The notes: generated by a model not told the origin, from the sequence alone. Shown: positions 47,737-61,065, numbered from the stretch's first letter. The stretch: 64,000 nucleotides of DNA from Flaccisagitta enflata (GCA_965153355.1 OZ231126.1:40176001-40240000), one strand, 5' to 3'. Translations and numbers: made by a program.

Positions 47737-48923
47737 GCAACAACAACAACTTCGATAAAAAAGGAATAGAAAGGGCACTCAAACCCATCGCAGACAATAA
47801 GAAAAACTGTTTTCAAGGAACGGACCCCGATCTCTGCGGCTGCTTCATTCTCTTCGTTCATCCACCATTGACTGTCCCGACTTTGATGCAGACCAAGACG
47901 ATGATCGTTTGTAATGACCAAGTCATTCCATACGAGTATCAACTAAGGCTCAATCTGAAAGGTGAGATCACGCCACAACGAGTGGAAGGGCATATTTGAG
48001 GTCTGGAGGGCATATATGAAGCGTGGAGAGCTGATTGGAGGCCTGGAGGGCTGACTCGGGGCTAAATTTTGGCTGGGAGGCTTATTTTAGCGCCTGAAAG
48101 TGCTGTTTTTAAGCCTTGATGACCATCAGGGGGCGGGGCGGATGGACGGAAGGTCGGCAGATGGATGGACAGATGGATGGACAGACGGATGGACAATTGG
48201 ACAGACATAGCGGGGTGTAGAGTCGGGTAGCATGCAACTAAAAATCACAATTTAGCATTCGCTGTTCCGTGATTTTCCCATCATGAAGCTCCTTTTGGCA
48301 AATGCGTGGATGAGTTTCCGGAGTGTCTTCGCGTGAACATGCCACGAATTCAAGCTTACAATTACACCATGGATTCGTGCATTGCAGCCTCGAAGGATAC
48401 ATTGGACATGCCTTTAAAGTGGGCGAAACGGCAACCGCAAAACATCTCTTCGAGCGAGGACAACGACTATGGAGAAGATGAAGACAACAGCAACAATGAC
48501 AGCGACGAAGACAACGACAACGACAGCGGCAACGAAAACGACAACGACAACTTCATCGACAGCGACAACGACAAAGAGGAGAAAAAACGCCGTCGCACAA
48601 AAATTGACTACCATAAGCTGTGTCCTCCAGCATGCGTCCAGCAAGTCTTCAAACCCACGACAGCTTCGGGCAACGACATGGAAAATGGACGGAAAGATTC
48701 CTTTTCCTTGCAAATTTTCAACGTTGATTTCGAGACGACGATCGTGCAGCAGCTTCCGGCCACTGGACCGGAGGAAGTGTTGGGCACTGTTGGCGGACTG
48801 TTGGGACTCCTGATCGGCGCCTCAGTTTTGTCCGTTTTAGAAATGGTTGAAATGATGGTGCGACTGATTTTCGCGCTGGCTGGCAAGTTGAAAGCGAAAG
48901 CTGCCAAGATAGCACCTAGATAG
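46308..48923 (+). CDS. DEG/ENaC (amiloride-sensitive Na channel/ASIC/pickpocket family) subunit; model 46308-46685?, 47089-47291, 47444-47961, 48289-48923, about 577 aa
   Basis: Pre-TM1 HG (SPHG), TM1, FPAVTVC, GNCFTFN, GLIFYL, FVHPP, PFGKC, CPPAC, and TM2 GTVGGLLGLLIGASVLSVLE with the GAS filter. The exon lengths sum to 1734 nt (578 codons). Confidence 0.9.
47089..47291 (+). CDS. DEG/ENaC coding exon 2 (DFSAYFWSK...LDIFAHKTRKNNTDISFFR); this reading frame is not in the ORF track
   Basis: Stop-free frame after gcttag|; donor TTCAG|gtttta is phase 2 and matches the next acceptor. Confidence 0.7.
47444..47961 (+). CDS. DEG/ENaC coding exon 3 (FNRKWY...GNCFTFN...poly-Asn...FVHPP...LNLK)
   Basis: Acceptor ccttcattag|G, strong donor AAAG|gtgaga. 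Confidence 0.85.
48289..48923 (+). CDS. DEG/ENaC last coding exon (APFGKC...CPPAC...TM2...stop)
   Basis: Phase-1 acceptor ttttcccatcatgaag|CT (AAG type, weak); TM2 with GAS; TAG stop. Confidence 0.88.
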
Positions 48924-49284
48924 TTGGCATATATATGTTTTTTTTTGTCCACTGAAAACGATTTTTGATAATGAAATAATGGTATAACAAGGAGCGAACT
49001 ATTCCTCAACATGCAAATGGAAGAGGGCCTTGTGAACCCTCATTGACTGCTTAATACGTGCATCATTACGCGTCTTCCATCGGATAAGCATCTACCAAAA
49101 TATTCTCACAAGAAATAGTGAGATATTGTTACCCGTGTAACCAGAATCAACTGGATACAAACTTTTCCTTCTTACAATCATGACTGGCTGGCAGCTTTAT
49201 GACCTAGTTGACGACTCTTTCTGCGACGAGGTGAATGAAACAAATAATTGTCTGTCGGCAGACTGGGAAGACATATCTCTTTAA

Positions 49285-49888
49285 CCATGGGCAAAAAAAA
49301 ACCGTACATGGCGGTTTTCGATGCTTTTGACCGGCTTGCTTTCAATGAAAATACAAAAAATCGGTGACCATTTGAAAGATATTCGAAAGTTCTTCAAATC
49401 TAGACCGAGCAGAAAGTTGTAGCTCAATTCGTTTGGAAATGGCAACAGTTTGAAGTGAGCATCACCATAATATATCAATTTAAGGGACTCTGTACTTGTA
49501 GTTCCGTCTTTGAAAGCATGAAAAACATATCTGACAAAAGGAAAGTAAGAAAAATTTAAGAGAAAATGAAAATATAACTTATTATCTACAAAATGGCGCC
49601 AAGTAGACCTTTTTAAGTCAAATTGTTTAGAAATAGTAATCAAACAAAGTCATTTAGTCCATGAATTCAAATTAGAAAAAAACATCATATCTGGCAGATT
49701 TCAATTTGATACTTTTTTTTTCAAATTAACATAACTTCTAGAGTTTTTAAGTTAGAATTTCGTTCAATGACTCAAATCAGAGATTTTTTGAAGCTCTTTA
49801 GAATGGTCATAAATTTTATGTACTTTCTCAAAAGCAGCACCAAGTTGAGGTAGAAATAAGCAATGTACGGTTTTTTATTTGCCCATGG
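49285..49888. mobile_element. TTAA-flanked (piggyBac-like) MITE
   Basis: TTAA|CCATGGGCAAAAAAAAACCGTACAT...ATGTACGGTTTTTTATTTGCCCATGG|TTAA. Confidence 0.8.
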
Positions 49889-50094
49889 TTAAAAGACGCA
49901 AAAATGTGTTGAGAAAGTGAAAAAAAACCGCGCCGGATAAATTGGGCGCATCAATCTTTTAACTTGTTTTCTTTTTTCAATCAAGTAGGATATTTTTGTC
50001 TTTGTTCATTCTACGGTAAAGTTGGCTGATCTTTCTTTTTTGACTCAGTTTACCGTCGTGTTTGGCGCCATATCAAAATTGGCTCAGCCAGTAG

Positions 50095-50159
<65 letters not shown>

Positions 50160-50790
50160 ATCAAATAGCTTCCCTTTTTGGCACAGAAATGAGAGAAGCG
50201 CGCGCTTGAAAGCCTCAGGCTAAATTAGCAAAAGAAATTCAAACTTGGATACATTCATTTTTTTCCTCATTTGATGTCTAGAAGAATCCTATGGTTTTTT
50301 CACTTAGCTTAGTGCAAACTTTTTAAAATACTTTACAATTAAGATCAATCTTTCCGCAGGTTGTTTACCATTAACTAAAACATTAGAAGACTACACTCTA
50401 ATTGTGTCCGCGATTGCCAACGGAGTTTTAGTTTCACAAGGTTGCATTCTCCTCCCCCCCCCAGTGGCGGGGGTAAGTAAAATCAAAGGGTCTGGTGATG
50501 GGGAAGAAAATCAAATGGTGGAAAAGAAGAAAAAACAAAACTTAAAAAGATTTTACCCTTTTGACAGTTCCAAAAGATAGTATTTGATTCCTACAACACT
50601 CTTTTACGCTTTCCTGTCAATATTTATACTATAGTTGTACTCTGTGGGGTAGAGGGTCAAACAATTTTTCAACTTGGCGGGGAAGGAAATCAAAGACCAG
50701 GGGGGAAAAGATATCAAAAGCCGCTTAACTAAATACACCCCTGGTTGTAACATCTCTCCCAAATTTTTTGTCAAAGCTGCACTTGTATCA

Positions 50791-50920
50791 AAACCATGAA
50801 AAGCCTACTTCCAGTTGGAACAGCATCATGAAGTTTTAACTGAAGTAGCATGAAGGTGTCATAACACTTTTGTTAAGATTTCTTTTTTATGGTCCAACTA
50901 GAAGTAGGTTTTCATGGTTT
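50791..50920. repeat. Short inverted repeat, probable mini-MITE
   Basis: AAACCATGAAAAGCCTACTTCCAGTTGGA / TCCAACTAGAAGTAGGTTTTCATGGTTT. Confidence 0.6.
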
Positions 50921-51689
50921 AAGTGCTGCTCAATTATAGGACAGACGTTACGATGAGGCGCATTATACACGATCCATGATGCGCGTGATGACGTAAAATA
51001 AAAAGCATATTGCATGTATATGGGATGCATCGTTGCGAAAAGAATATAAAGTTTGATTTATGTGGAATCTCTGAAAGCTCGACTATGGCAAACGGGGGTG
51101 GAGGTAAGTGATGGTGAAGAGGAGGAGGGGTGAAAACGGCGGAAAAGGAAAAAGTGGAGAGGAGTAGGAGAGGTGAAGGAGGGAGAGGACGACGACGACA
51201 ACAACGACGATGCGTTGGTCGTTGAAAGGCGAAGAAACGAGGTAAAGATGATGGAAGGCGTGTCTACCTCATGGCATGTCTCCCCCTTCTCATCCTCTTC
51301 TTCTTCCTTCGCTTCATCCTCCTCCTCCTTATCTTCTGGCAGGTCTAGATGATCATAACGAGAATATATTTCACGCAGCTAACTCTCTAACAGTTTTTTT
51401 CTCACTTTCTCTGACAATGATGTCATAATTTTTTCTCTCGCTTCATCTTAGTCTCTAGACTCTTCGTCTGATTCTGACTCTGTGAGTTTCCGTCTTTTTC
51501 AGAGTGTAATTATCGTTGGTCCTACATTTCAATCTTGTTTTAGTTAGTTTTGTTTTTCTATCTTTGTATTGTCTTTGTTTCTGTCTGTCTCTGTCTGTCT
51601 GCCTGTCTGTGTGTCTGTCTCTGTCTGTGTGTCTGTGTCTGTCTGTGTCTGTCTGTCTCTGTCTGTGTCTTTCTTTCTTTCTTTCTTTC

Positions 51690-51729
<40 letters not shown>

Positions 51730-54088
51730 TTTCTTTCTTTCTTTCTCTCTTTTCATTTATTCTGTCTGTCAGCCTTTGTGTGTTAGTGTGTGTTTCGGAC
51801 CTTTTTTTTTATAACCGATGTGAATGATCTCAGAATTTCACCGATAGATGTTTGAATAGTGGGCAAATTAGCAAACGGAAAACGTCTCTCGCGATGATCC
51901 GAAGCAAAACGCACAAAAACGATCTATCTCGGACCATCTTGACATTCACAGAGCGGTGCTATACCAGTACAAATTTAGATCCACTAAACAAGAATAACTC
52001 TTCCGCGGCAAATATATATACATATATCTTTGTGCAAGTGTAGATCTGGAATTTATACTATGAAACTATGAATACCCAAGTTTGTCCTCGTTGCTCATTA
52101 CATTCTAACGGTATTTTGGTTTCTATTGTGAGAGTTGGACCCTTGCAACGTTAAACAAGCCCGACCGGGCAAAGATGCGTCCGGACTGTGTCTCTGCGTG
52201 TATTGATCATGTGACATATTTGGAGAGACAGATGGACGACCAGACGGGTGAAACGACTGAGTAATAGAGGAGGCTCTCAAAACATGTTGGTTGATCATTT
52301 GTTTCATTGTAGGATCTCACCGTGGCCAAAAACAGCCGAGAAACGCGGTTTTTGCACAGGCGTAACGGACGGACCGACCGACGGACGGACCGACCGACGG
52401 ACGGACGGACGGACGGACGGACGGACAAACCCTCTTATAGAGATGCGAGGACGCATCTAAAAAGAGTATGAATAGCACAGGCTTGTGTGACATTAAGTGG
52501 TTCAATATTCGGGATGTATATATTTTTGCATAAAACACTCTGTTTTAAAATTTTGTGGTAATATCTATTCCAGGTTTGCTACATACAATTTATTGTGCCT
52601 ATCTATAAACACCATTTGTGCTATACCGTTTTTTGTAATTAGATTTTTAGCATATGATATTATACAATTTTTTATTTCCAGTTTATTTCAAAGTTTGGTC
52701 CCCTTATTGTTATAAGAGCCTTCATAAAGTTCCGAGGCCCTCGTTGGGTTCCAACTTCCACCACATTCTCGGTTGGACCCCGGAGTCATGATCCCTCCAC
52801 TCGGGGAAGCGATGAGGCAAAAGAAAGAATTGCCACGAGGAATTTCCTTCCTCTGCCTCCTTCTTCTCCTTGTCCTTTGCCTCCTCCTCGTCACCCTCCA
52901 CTTTATTCTTTGCCCTCGTGTGGAACCAAAGGTTTCTGACCTCTTTGTGATCACTGCCAAGTGAAAAAAAGACAGAAACTAAAAGAGTCAAAAAGAAAAA
53001 AGAAAGAGAAAATACAGAGATAGCTAGAAACTTCTTAGATACGAAAACAAGGCCAACACCTTACAGTCGCGTGCGGTTGTTAAGACCATAAGACCAAAAG
53101 ACTAAAAGACTAAAAGACCAAAGGACTAAGAGGCTAAAAGTAAATTGACTAAAAATAACTTCAAATAACTGAAAATGACTTAAGATGACTTAAAATGACG
53201 TCAAACGGCAAAAAAAAAAAAAAAAAGCAAAATGTTATGGACCGACAGACGGATGGACGGACAGACTGGGTCATGCGACTAAAAACATAGTTGGTATGCA
53301 ATTGCGTTGAAATCTAAACGTCTTTATCTCTCTGAAAACAACAAACATTTGTAAATAACTGTCTATTACTAGAACATATATATATCGGCGAGCGTTTTGG
53401 GTCATATCTCTACTAAAAATAAAAAAATCATATAAAAATCAGTGAGATTCTGAAACTACATCGAATTTCTGATCTTGTGCCACCAACCGCATTCTTGTAG
53501 TAGGCATCCAATATGGCGAGAATCCCAGGATTCAGGGCACCTCGGGGGGCCATAAGCTGTCTTAACTTTCAGGTTAGACGCCAATTTCACCTTGTTATAT
53601 CGAAAATCATAAAGCGCCTGTGCCTTTGTCATCATCTACAAAGAAAGTACTTGAAAAAGTTGTTCTTCTGCCTTCCTCTTGATCTCTGTTTTAGCGGCCC
53701 TCTAGGGACACAAGGCAGAAAACGCAAAAAAACATATGAACAATGGCTGCGGCAGCGTCAGGAGCAGCGGCAGAGGATTTAAAAGCAAGCTGCGGTCTCT
53801 TGATCGTTGAGGAATTTATGATAATGGTACACATTTAAAACTCAAAAGCGCAGTATGTTTTACTTTGAACCAAGCATTGTCCACTTACACACAGCAAGTT
53901 AAGACAGCCCCTCATTCACTTATCCAAATCTTTCACTGGTGCTATGCCTTTTTAGCTTAAAATTCCATGCCTACTTGTAGCTTGATTCGTTTAGAAATGA
54001 CGGGCAAAACAAGAATGCTACTTCAAATGAAAATGGCTGAAAAATCATATTTTATGTCTTGTCGCTTTTGGTACTTGGCTAAGTGTTA

Positions 54089-54588
54089 TTTTTAGTCGCG
54101 TGAACGCGACTCCAGAAGCCGCTTTGTCGGTCGGTCGGTCTGTCGGTCTGTCGGTCGGTAACTTTTTTGAAATATAGACTTTATAGTCGTTTTAAAGGTT
54201 ATTGAAGGTTATTAATGGTAATTATAGGTAATTTTTTGGTAATTATAGGTAATCTTAGGTAATTCTAAGTAATTATAGGTAAATATAGGTATTTTAGTAA
54301 TCTGTATCATCTAAGACAGAAAAGTTGTCCCGGACTATAAATTGAGGTGATTGTAGGAAATATAGGAAATAATGGGTAATTATAGGTGATCATAGGTAAT
54401 TTATGGTAATTTAATGTAATTGTAGGTAATTATAGGTATTTTCAGGTAGTTGTAGGTAAATGTGGGTAATTATAGGAAGATATAGGTACTAAGTTATCTT
54501 CATTATCAGTTATCTTCATTATCTTTATTACCTTAATTACCTTAATTGCCCTTATTACCACGCGACTAAGGTTTGTTGACCTTGTTTT
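54089..54588 (+). mobile_element. Family-2 element with central (TAATTATAGG)-like repeats
   Basis: AGTCGCGTGAACGCGACT start; CACGCGACT...CTTGTT end. Confidence 0.8.
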
Positions 54589-55364
54589 GTTAGTTTAAGG
54601 TTGTTGTCTAACTTTAAGGCTGCTACAGTGATGCCATAGGATCGCCTTGTCATTTCCATGGTCACTCCAAACTCGGTCATAGATCGGATGGTTGGTAAGT
54701 AAGCAGCTATGGAGAAGGTATCGTGCATCATTTGACATGGATAAAAAAAATTCTGCTCTGAAGGTGTGAGGGAAGACTGCGTCATCCTTTCTCAAAATAT
54801 CGATTAAAGAGCATATGAAGATAATTTAGGCCATTATTGTTGTTCACAAGATACATACAAAGAGTCTCAATGATCAAATTATGGGTTTTCTAGTCATTTG
54901 ATGAATTAACAGCCTGATAATGATCTTACCGATATACTTTTGTTCTAGATAGTAGTTATCATTTGTAACCAAGGCTATAGTCTTTCCAACTTCATTACAA
55001 TTGAGCATAATGATGTACGTAGAAACAGACGCCATTGGAAAAAGATTTACTCATTACTCACCTTTGTAACCACATTTCGCTGTCAAACAAATGCAGTATG
55101 ACTTTTACTTTCAGCAAAATCTCATTAAAAGCTTCATCAGAAACCACATAGCAGCTGTCGATTTCATTTTGCGTGATAGTTGATTCAATGAATTTTGTTT
55201 CCCTTTGCATATGCATAAATATGCCGGTCATTTTTGTATGTCGGGTGCCATTGCAAAACTGTTCCGGCTTTTTTTTTCAGTTTTGTATAGGCATTCTTTG
55301 TTTGACTTTGTGTTTTAGTCACTTGTTAAGCGACTCTATAATGAGATGACAAACAGACAGAGAC

Positions 55365-55447
<83 letters not shown>

Positions 55448-55647
55448 AAAAACTTCGATAAGAGGATAGCGGGATAAAAGAATAGCCAAACAGAAAGACA
55501 AACAGATGATAGAAAAATAGACAAAAGCAATTCACAATAGATCATATACAGATAAGAAAATGGAAAGTAAACTTGTTTTTTTTTTTTGTCATATACTAGG
55601 TACAACTAGGATATTATACCAACTATACAAAAATGAGTAAATGGGGT

Positions 55648-55853
55648 CAGGATCTGAAGTGGAAGTGGAAGCGGAAGCGGAAGCGGAAGCGGAAGCGCTT
55701 GATTGTGTCCTTTTGCTTCCATAAGGCATCAAAAAATTTTTACACTTCCGCTTCCGCTTCCACTTGATTTTGAATTACGCTTCCACTTCCGCTTCTGCTT
55801 CCATGCTGAAACTACCGCTTCCATCCGCTTCCACTTCCGCTTCTGCATCTCTA
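55648..55853. repeat. Inverted (GGAAGC)n/(GCTTCC)n hexamer arrays, probable MITE remnant
   Basis: Direct reading; no clean TSD. Confidence 0.6.
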
Positions 55854-58194
55854 GTATCCGGCCTTGTTTGCTGTATTATTACAAGCAACTAACGCCGGTT
55901 ATTTCTAACGAATGGCTGAGTGAGACAATGGAGAGCTCTGTCAGCAAAAGAGATGCCTCTTGCCGCTTGTAGTCTGAATTTATTACACGACGGACATAAG
56001 GGAAACAAGGCCAGATATACGACCAATCATTTGTGATAGTAAGTCGGGTGGGCAGGGGCATAGTCTGACGTAGGTCTCAATTTGACATGGACAGATTTTG
56101 TCAGAAATCTAATGACCAACTTCTTTTTCTTTCTCCCAATGGGTAAAGCATTTATTTGGTTAAATGTTTAAATGAGTTATCCAACCTTAAAAGTGACTTA
56201 CATTTGGTTACCGACCGACCAACGGACCAACGGACCAACGGATATACCAACCTCAAGAGTCGCGTTCACGCAACTAGCAAAAGTGTGAGCGTTTACCATC
56301 TGACGCTTTTGCGACTATTTGTGCTGAATAATCTCAGAAAGAGACAAATGGACAAATAGAGAGTTACTGTCTTGTTGTCTTGTCGTATTGGGTGATCACA
56401 GAAAAAGACAAATGGAAAAAAGAGAGATGGATGATCAAGAGTGAGGACTTCGGAAACGCGAAGACTGATTAGAAACTCCAATGATCCACACAATTCATGG
56501 TCAAGGATTCCCCTTCTTTCCGGCAAAAAAAAAAAAAAAATGGTTTGGGATGGATGAAAAACAAACAGGAACCAAGCCATTTGGTGACCAAGGACAAGAC
56601 AATATAAACAGGACAAAAGCCATTTGCGAGCCGCCAATTAAAAAGAATATGTAGACCATGGAAAAAAAAAACTTATGTAAGCCATCACCTGACAGAAAAG
56701 GTTAAGAATGGGACACCGACCAATTTAGGGACGCTTCTCAAAGGAAAATTCGCTGCAAGTTGGAGAGGAGAAAGTCGGACGATTTACATCGAAAGTTTTA
56801 GATTGAAGTGCGGAAGTAAGCCAAAAAGAAATAGATGGAAGAAAAAAACAACACAGGATGCAATTTCAGCTCAAATTAGGGTACTCAATCGAAAACGGCT
56901 AAATGGTCAAAAATCCGTTTGTGCACATGGATTGACTCGTAATTATATGTATTTTGATAATTAGAACCATAAATGACACTGTGGATAATTTTCATGGCCC
57001 CAATGTAACTGAATGTGAGTGGAATCCACCAATCGTTTTCTGGCACTTCTTTCCCCCGAAAAGATTGGGCCATATCGAGTTTCAAATTGCCTCAATATGT
57101 GCGCCCGCACAGAAAAACCTTGCCGGGTGACTAATTTTGATACTGACTGACACGCTGGCACAAGTCAGAATGCTAGAGAGTCAAAACATGAGTGTAATAG
57201 TCTCATTTTGTACCAAATCTAAAACATCTTTTGATAGGTCAAAAATCTACACATAACTTCATCAGAGAGAGACAGAGAGAGACAAAGAGAGACAAAGAGA
57301 GACAGAGAGAGACAGAAACAGTCAGAAACAGTCTGAGACAGTCTGAGACAGACAGACAGAGACAGACAGACAGAGACAGACAGACAGAGACAGACACACA
57401 GAGACAGACACACAGACCGAGACTTAATTGATTTTTTTATAGGGGCACATTCAAACTCTGCATGAGGGCCGAATAAACAGAAAACATTGTCATGTGCGGG
57501 TGGGCAGGGACAGTAACTGACTGTCTGACCATCTGACTAAAAAGTGAATAGTGTGATTAACAAGGCCGGATACACGGCTACCAAAGTCGCGTGCGGGTGG
57601 GCAGGGGCCATATTTGAGGTCACCAGAGCATTTGGGCAAGAGCAGCGAGGTCAAACAAAAAAAATCATAAAAAAAGTAAAGTGTGACCAATGGACCAACA
57701 GACCAAGCGGGTTGTAATTCACGTGCACGCGACTAAAAAGCACACAACTAAAAAGAAAATAAGATGTCACTGTATGTAAAGTAAATTCACTTAATTTTCT
57801 ATTTTACCCATGAAATGTGCAAAACTGAAAAAAAATAATTTATTATTGCAAAAAGAAAATAACAAGGCCGGATACACGGCTACCCTAGTTGCGTGCAAAT
57901 GGGCAGGGGCAGTGATGAAATAGACCAACCAAGCAGTTGGGCAGGAGCAATAACCTCAAAATCGCCAGTAAATGCCAAAAAAGCATAGTGTGACGGACCG
58001 ACCAACAGATGGACGGACCAACAGACAGACAGAGCGGGTTGTAGAGTCGCGTGCACGCGACTAAAAATGTTGTTAAATCATCTAATTCACATGTTGACCA
58101 AAAAAGTCAACCCAAGGAAATGGTGAATTTAAACTTGGCAACCATCTCAGCCAGCGAGAATGCAACATTGTTTTGTGAAAAATAACCACAGCTA

Positions 58195-58777
58195 CAGTAC
58201 GATGGGAGCAAAGACGACCTAGACTGGAGGATAGGTTTTAGGTATTCTAATTTCATTTTATTTATAAAAAAAAAATAAAATCTATACTGATTAAAAGTTG
58301 TTTTTTTTTTGTTTGAATATGTTAGCTTTTCTCATTCTTTAACTTGTGACTTGACTTCATTAGGACTTCATTTTTCAACATTCTAACCCAGACTATCAGA
58401 TTGAGCTAAAAATTTTATATAATTTTGAAAAAAAAATCAGCTCAACTGGACTATTTTTACAGGTTTTACAGTTATTTTTAAAGAAGAATAATTATGTTAA
58501 TTAATATCTTCGCAAACATTAAAACAGGCATAAAACCTGTAAAAACAGTCCGATAAGGTTGATCTTTTTTCTTCAAAATTTGTAATCTTTTTTGCCCAAT
58601 CTAATTAGCTAATCCTGATGATGTCAAGTCACAAGTTGAAAAATGAGAGAAGTCAATATATTTAAGCAATAAAACAATTTTTAATTAATATAGATTTAAA
58701 TCTATGATATATTAAATGAAATAAAGATATTAAAAATCTATCCTCCAGTCTAGGTCGTCTTTGCTCCCATCGTACTG
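58195..58777. mobile_element. Tc1/mariner-type palindromic MITE
   Basis: Perfect 40-bp TIR CAGTACGATGGGAGCAAAGACGACCTAGACTGGAGGATAG, TA on both sides. Confidence 0.9.
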
Positions 58778-59959
58778 TAGCTGGAAATTTCTGGTCCATG
58801 ACTAGAAACGCAAACGCAATGCATGACTAGCAACGTGAATGCGGTGCATGAATCATTTGCGTCAGTTCTACGCGTCGATTCCATGGCAATATTTATTCTC
58901 CTACCTTTAATGATAAGGGTTCACGGTTTCGCCTCTCGCCATTTTCCGCCACATCGCTGGAGATTTTTCAAAACAGATTTAGAATCAGAAAAGCTTAATC
59001 TACAAGGCATATGGGCGAACATGACCACACGGTTCTCTGATTTTGGTCAAAACGGGGTTTTATAAGCATATTTTTATTTTCTGTTAATTATTACTATTTT
59101 CATCGCCAAAAAAAGTACTATGGACTGACTCTGTGACAAATTAAGCAGAGTCTTATAAAAATAATGATGTTTTCTTAAGTTTTGTAGCAGATATGCTGGG
59201 GTCAACGGACATTAAAATTTCTGACAACTTTTTTCTCTTCCTCAATTGCTCTTGAGTTGGCGCGTGTTAGTAGCCTACTCAAATGGTTAAGCAACAGGAT
59301 TATGTTAGCGGCATTAGATGCGTTTGTGAAGGTGAAGTAACAAGAATCGTGGCAACATACTATCTTGCTAAAATAGTATGAAAATACTTTAAAATCACAA
59401 TCTGGATTCCTAAAGTGACAGGCTGGACAGCAACATGTGATGGGAGAATACAATCGTAGTTCAGAATGTAAACTGGTGTTCAGGAAAAGTGGCGGATTGA
59501 ATGGAATTGGAGTTCAGACTTTGGAAGTTACAGTTCAGGAGGTTCATAAGGCTGATTAGACAGATGAGGGAAGAGTGTCATTGCGAGTTACGTGATTTTG
59601 ATTGGTGGTAATAGACATTGAATGATATTTGCCATGTCAGGATCTTTAAAAAGCTCTTTTAAAGCTAGCCATCAGTGGCAGGTGATACTTGCCATAACAT
59701 GAAGTTAGCCAAATGTCATCCATGGAAAGCTCTCATAGTCATAGCTGTTGATCAGTGGCAGATGAGAATTGTCAAACATAAACGCAACCAAATGTCATCC
59801 GAGAAAGCTCTCAAATCAGTCTCTCGGTGGCATATAAGATTTGCTATAACATGAACTTAACCAAATACCATTCAAAGAAAAGCGACGTTGAGTCTTCACT
59901 CTTCACACTTGTCTGCATTTAAAAAGTGGTGATAATCGCCGCAGCATCTCAAATAGGCA

Positions 59960-60790
59960 ATGAAAGAGGAAGGAAGAGCAGGCGGCGTTGACTGTAATGG
60001 AAGAGGAGGAATTAGTGACGTTCAATCGTCTGATGAATGCGATGAATGTAATGGAAGAGGAGGATTAAGTGGCGTTGAATCGTTTGATGAATGCAATGAA
60101 TGTAATGGAAGAGGAGGATTAAGTAGCGCTGAATTGTCTGATGAATGCAATGAATGTAATGAAAGAGGAGAATTAGGTGGCATTTACCACTCGAATCAAT
60201 AAAAAAGCCGCACTTTGGCAAATTGTCATATTGAATTTCAAAATAGTTAATTGAAATCTGAAACTATTAGAAAGCTCTTGAAAAGATCTTTCATTTGGCT
60301 CCAATCTGGCAATTCTAGCTTTATTCGTTTAGAAATGGCATAAGAATGAGTAAAAACATTGCCATTATCAGTTTGCAATCCCATTGAAGACGAGCATTTT
60401 TACAAATAAGGAGATAACTTTGACAAGCTCTAGCTCCTAAACTGTTTGAGGTACAGATCGGGTCTAGAATGAAAGAAAATTCAAAAATCTTTAAAATCAC
60501 TTCAACAGAAAAATGTTCAAATGATTTCTTTTTCTCATTTATTAACTCAAAATAGGGTGCGGCTTTTTTTTTAGTCGAGTAGTAATTGTCTGATGAATGA
60601 AATGAATGTAATATACATATTGTTTATTTGTCAACAAAATTTGCGACAGTACATACATTCATCATTCGGAAATGAAAGATGACTAAGTGGCGTTGAATTG
60701 TCAGATGAATGCAATGTATGTAATAAGAGAGAATGATTAAGTGGCGTGGAATCGTTGGATGTATGCAATGTAAGTAATGGAGGAGAAATG
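59960..60790. repeat. 54-bp minisatellite interrupted by a MITE
   Basis: GATGAATGCAATGAATGTAATGGAAGAGGAGGATTAAGTGGCGTTGAAT units. Confidence 0.8.
60187..60582. mobile_element. TA-flanked MITE, copy 1
   Basis: TA|CCACTCGAATCAATAAAAAAGCCGCAC...GTGCGGCTTTTTTTTTAGTCGAGTAG|TA; homologous to 63165-63575. Confidence 0.85.
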
Positions 60791-61065
60791 GTGGATTATG
60801 TATGCAAAAATGTGTGTACAGAGCATTGGTTTCAATTTGAAACTCTGTTGCTAGTGGTGGCAGTAATGGTAAATTACCATTTAGAAAAACTAGATACTAA
60901 TGCTTGTTTTGGTTTTGTATTAAGTGTCATCTTGATATTTTTATGTGATTTTGCTGCTTTATGTCAAAACGACATGAAAAAAGGAGTGAGCGGCGAAAAA
61001 AGAAACTTCAACATTTTGCTATCTACAACAGCGGTTTTTGGCATTTAAGGCATTGTTGGTGAATA

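Noticed and set aside
59960-60202. ORF with repeated CxxCNGRGG, resembling the DnaJ CxxCxGxG zinc finger
   Set aside because: It is the translation of a 54-bp minisatellite whose other units are degenerate and split by a MITE; no J domain or supporting exons were seen.
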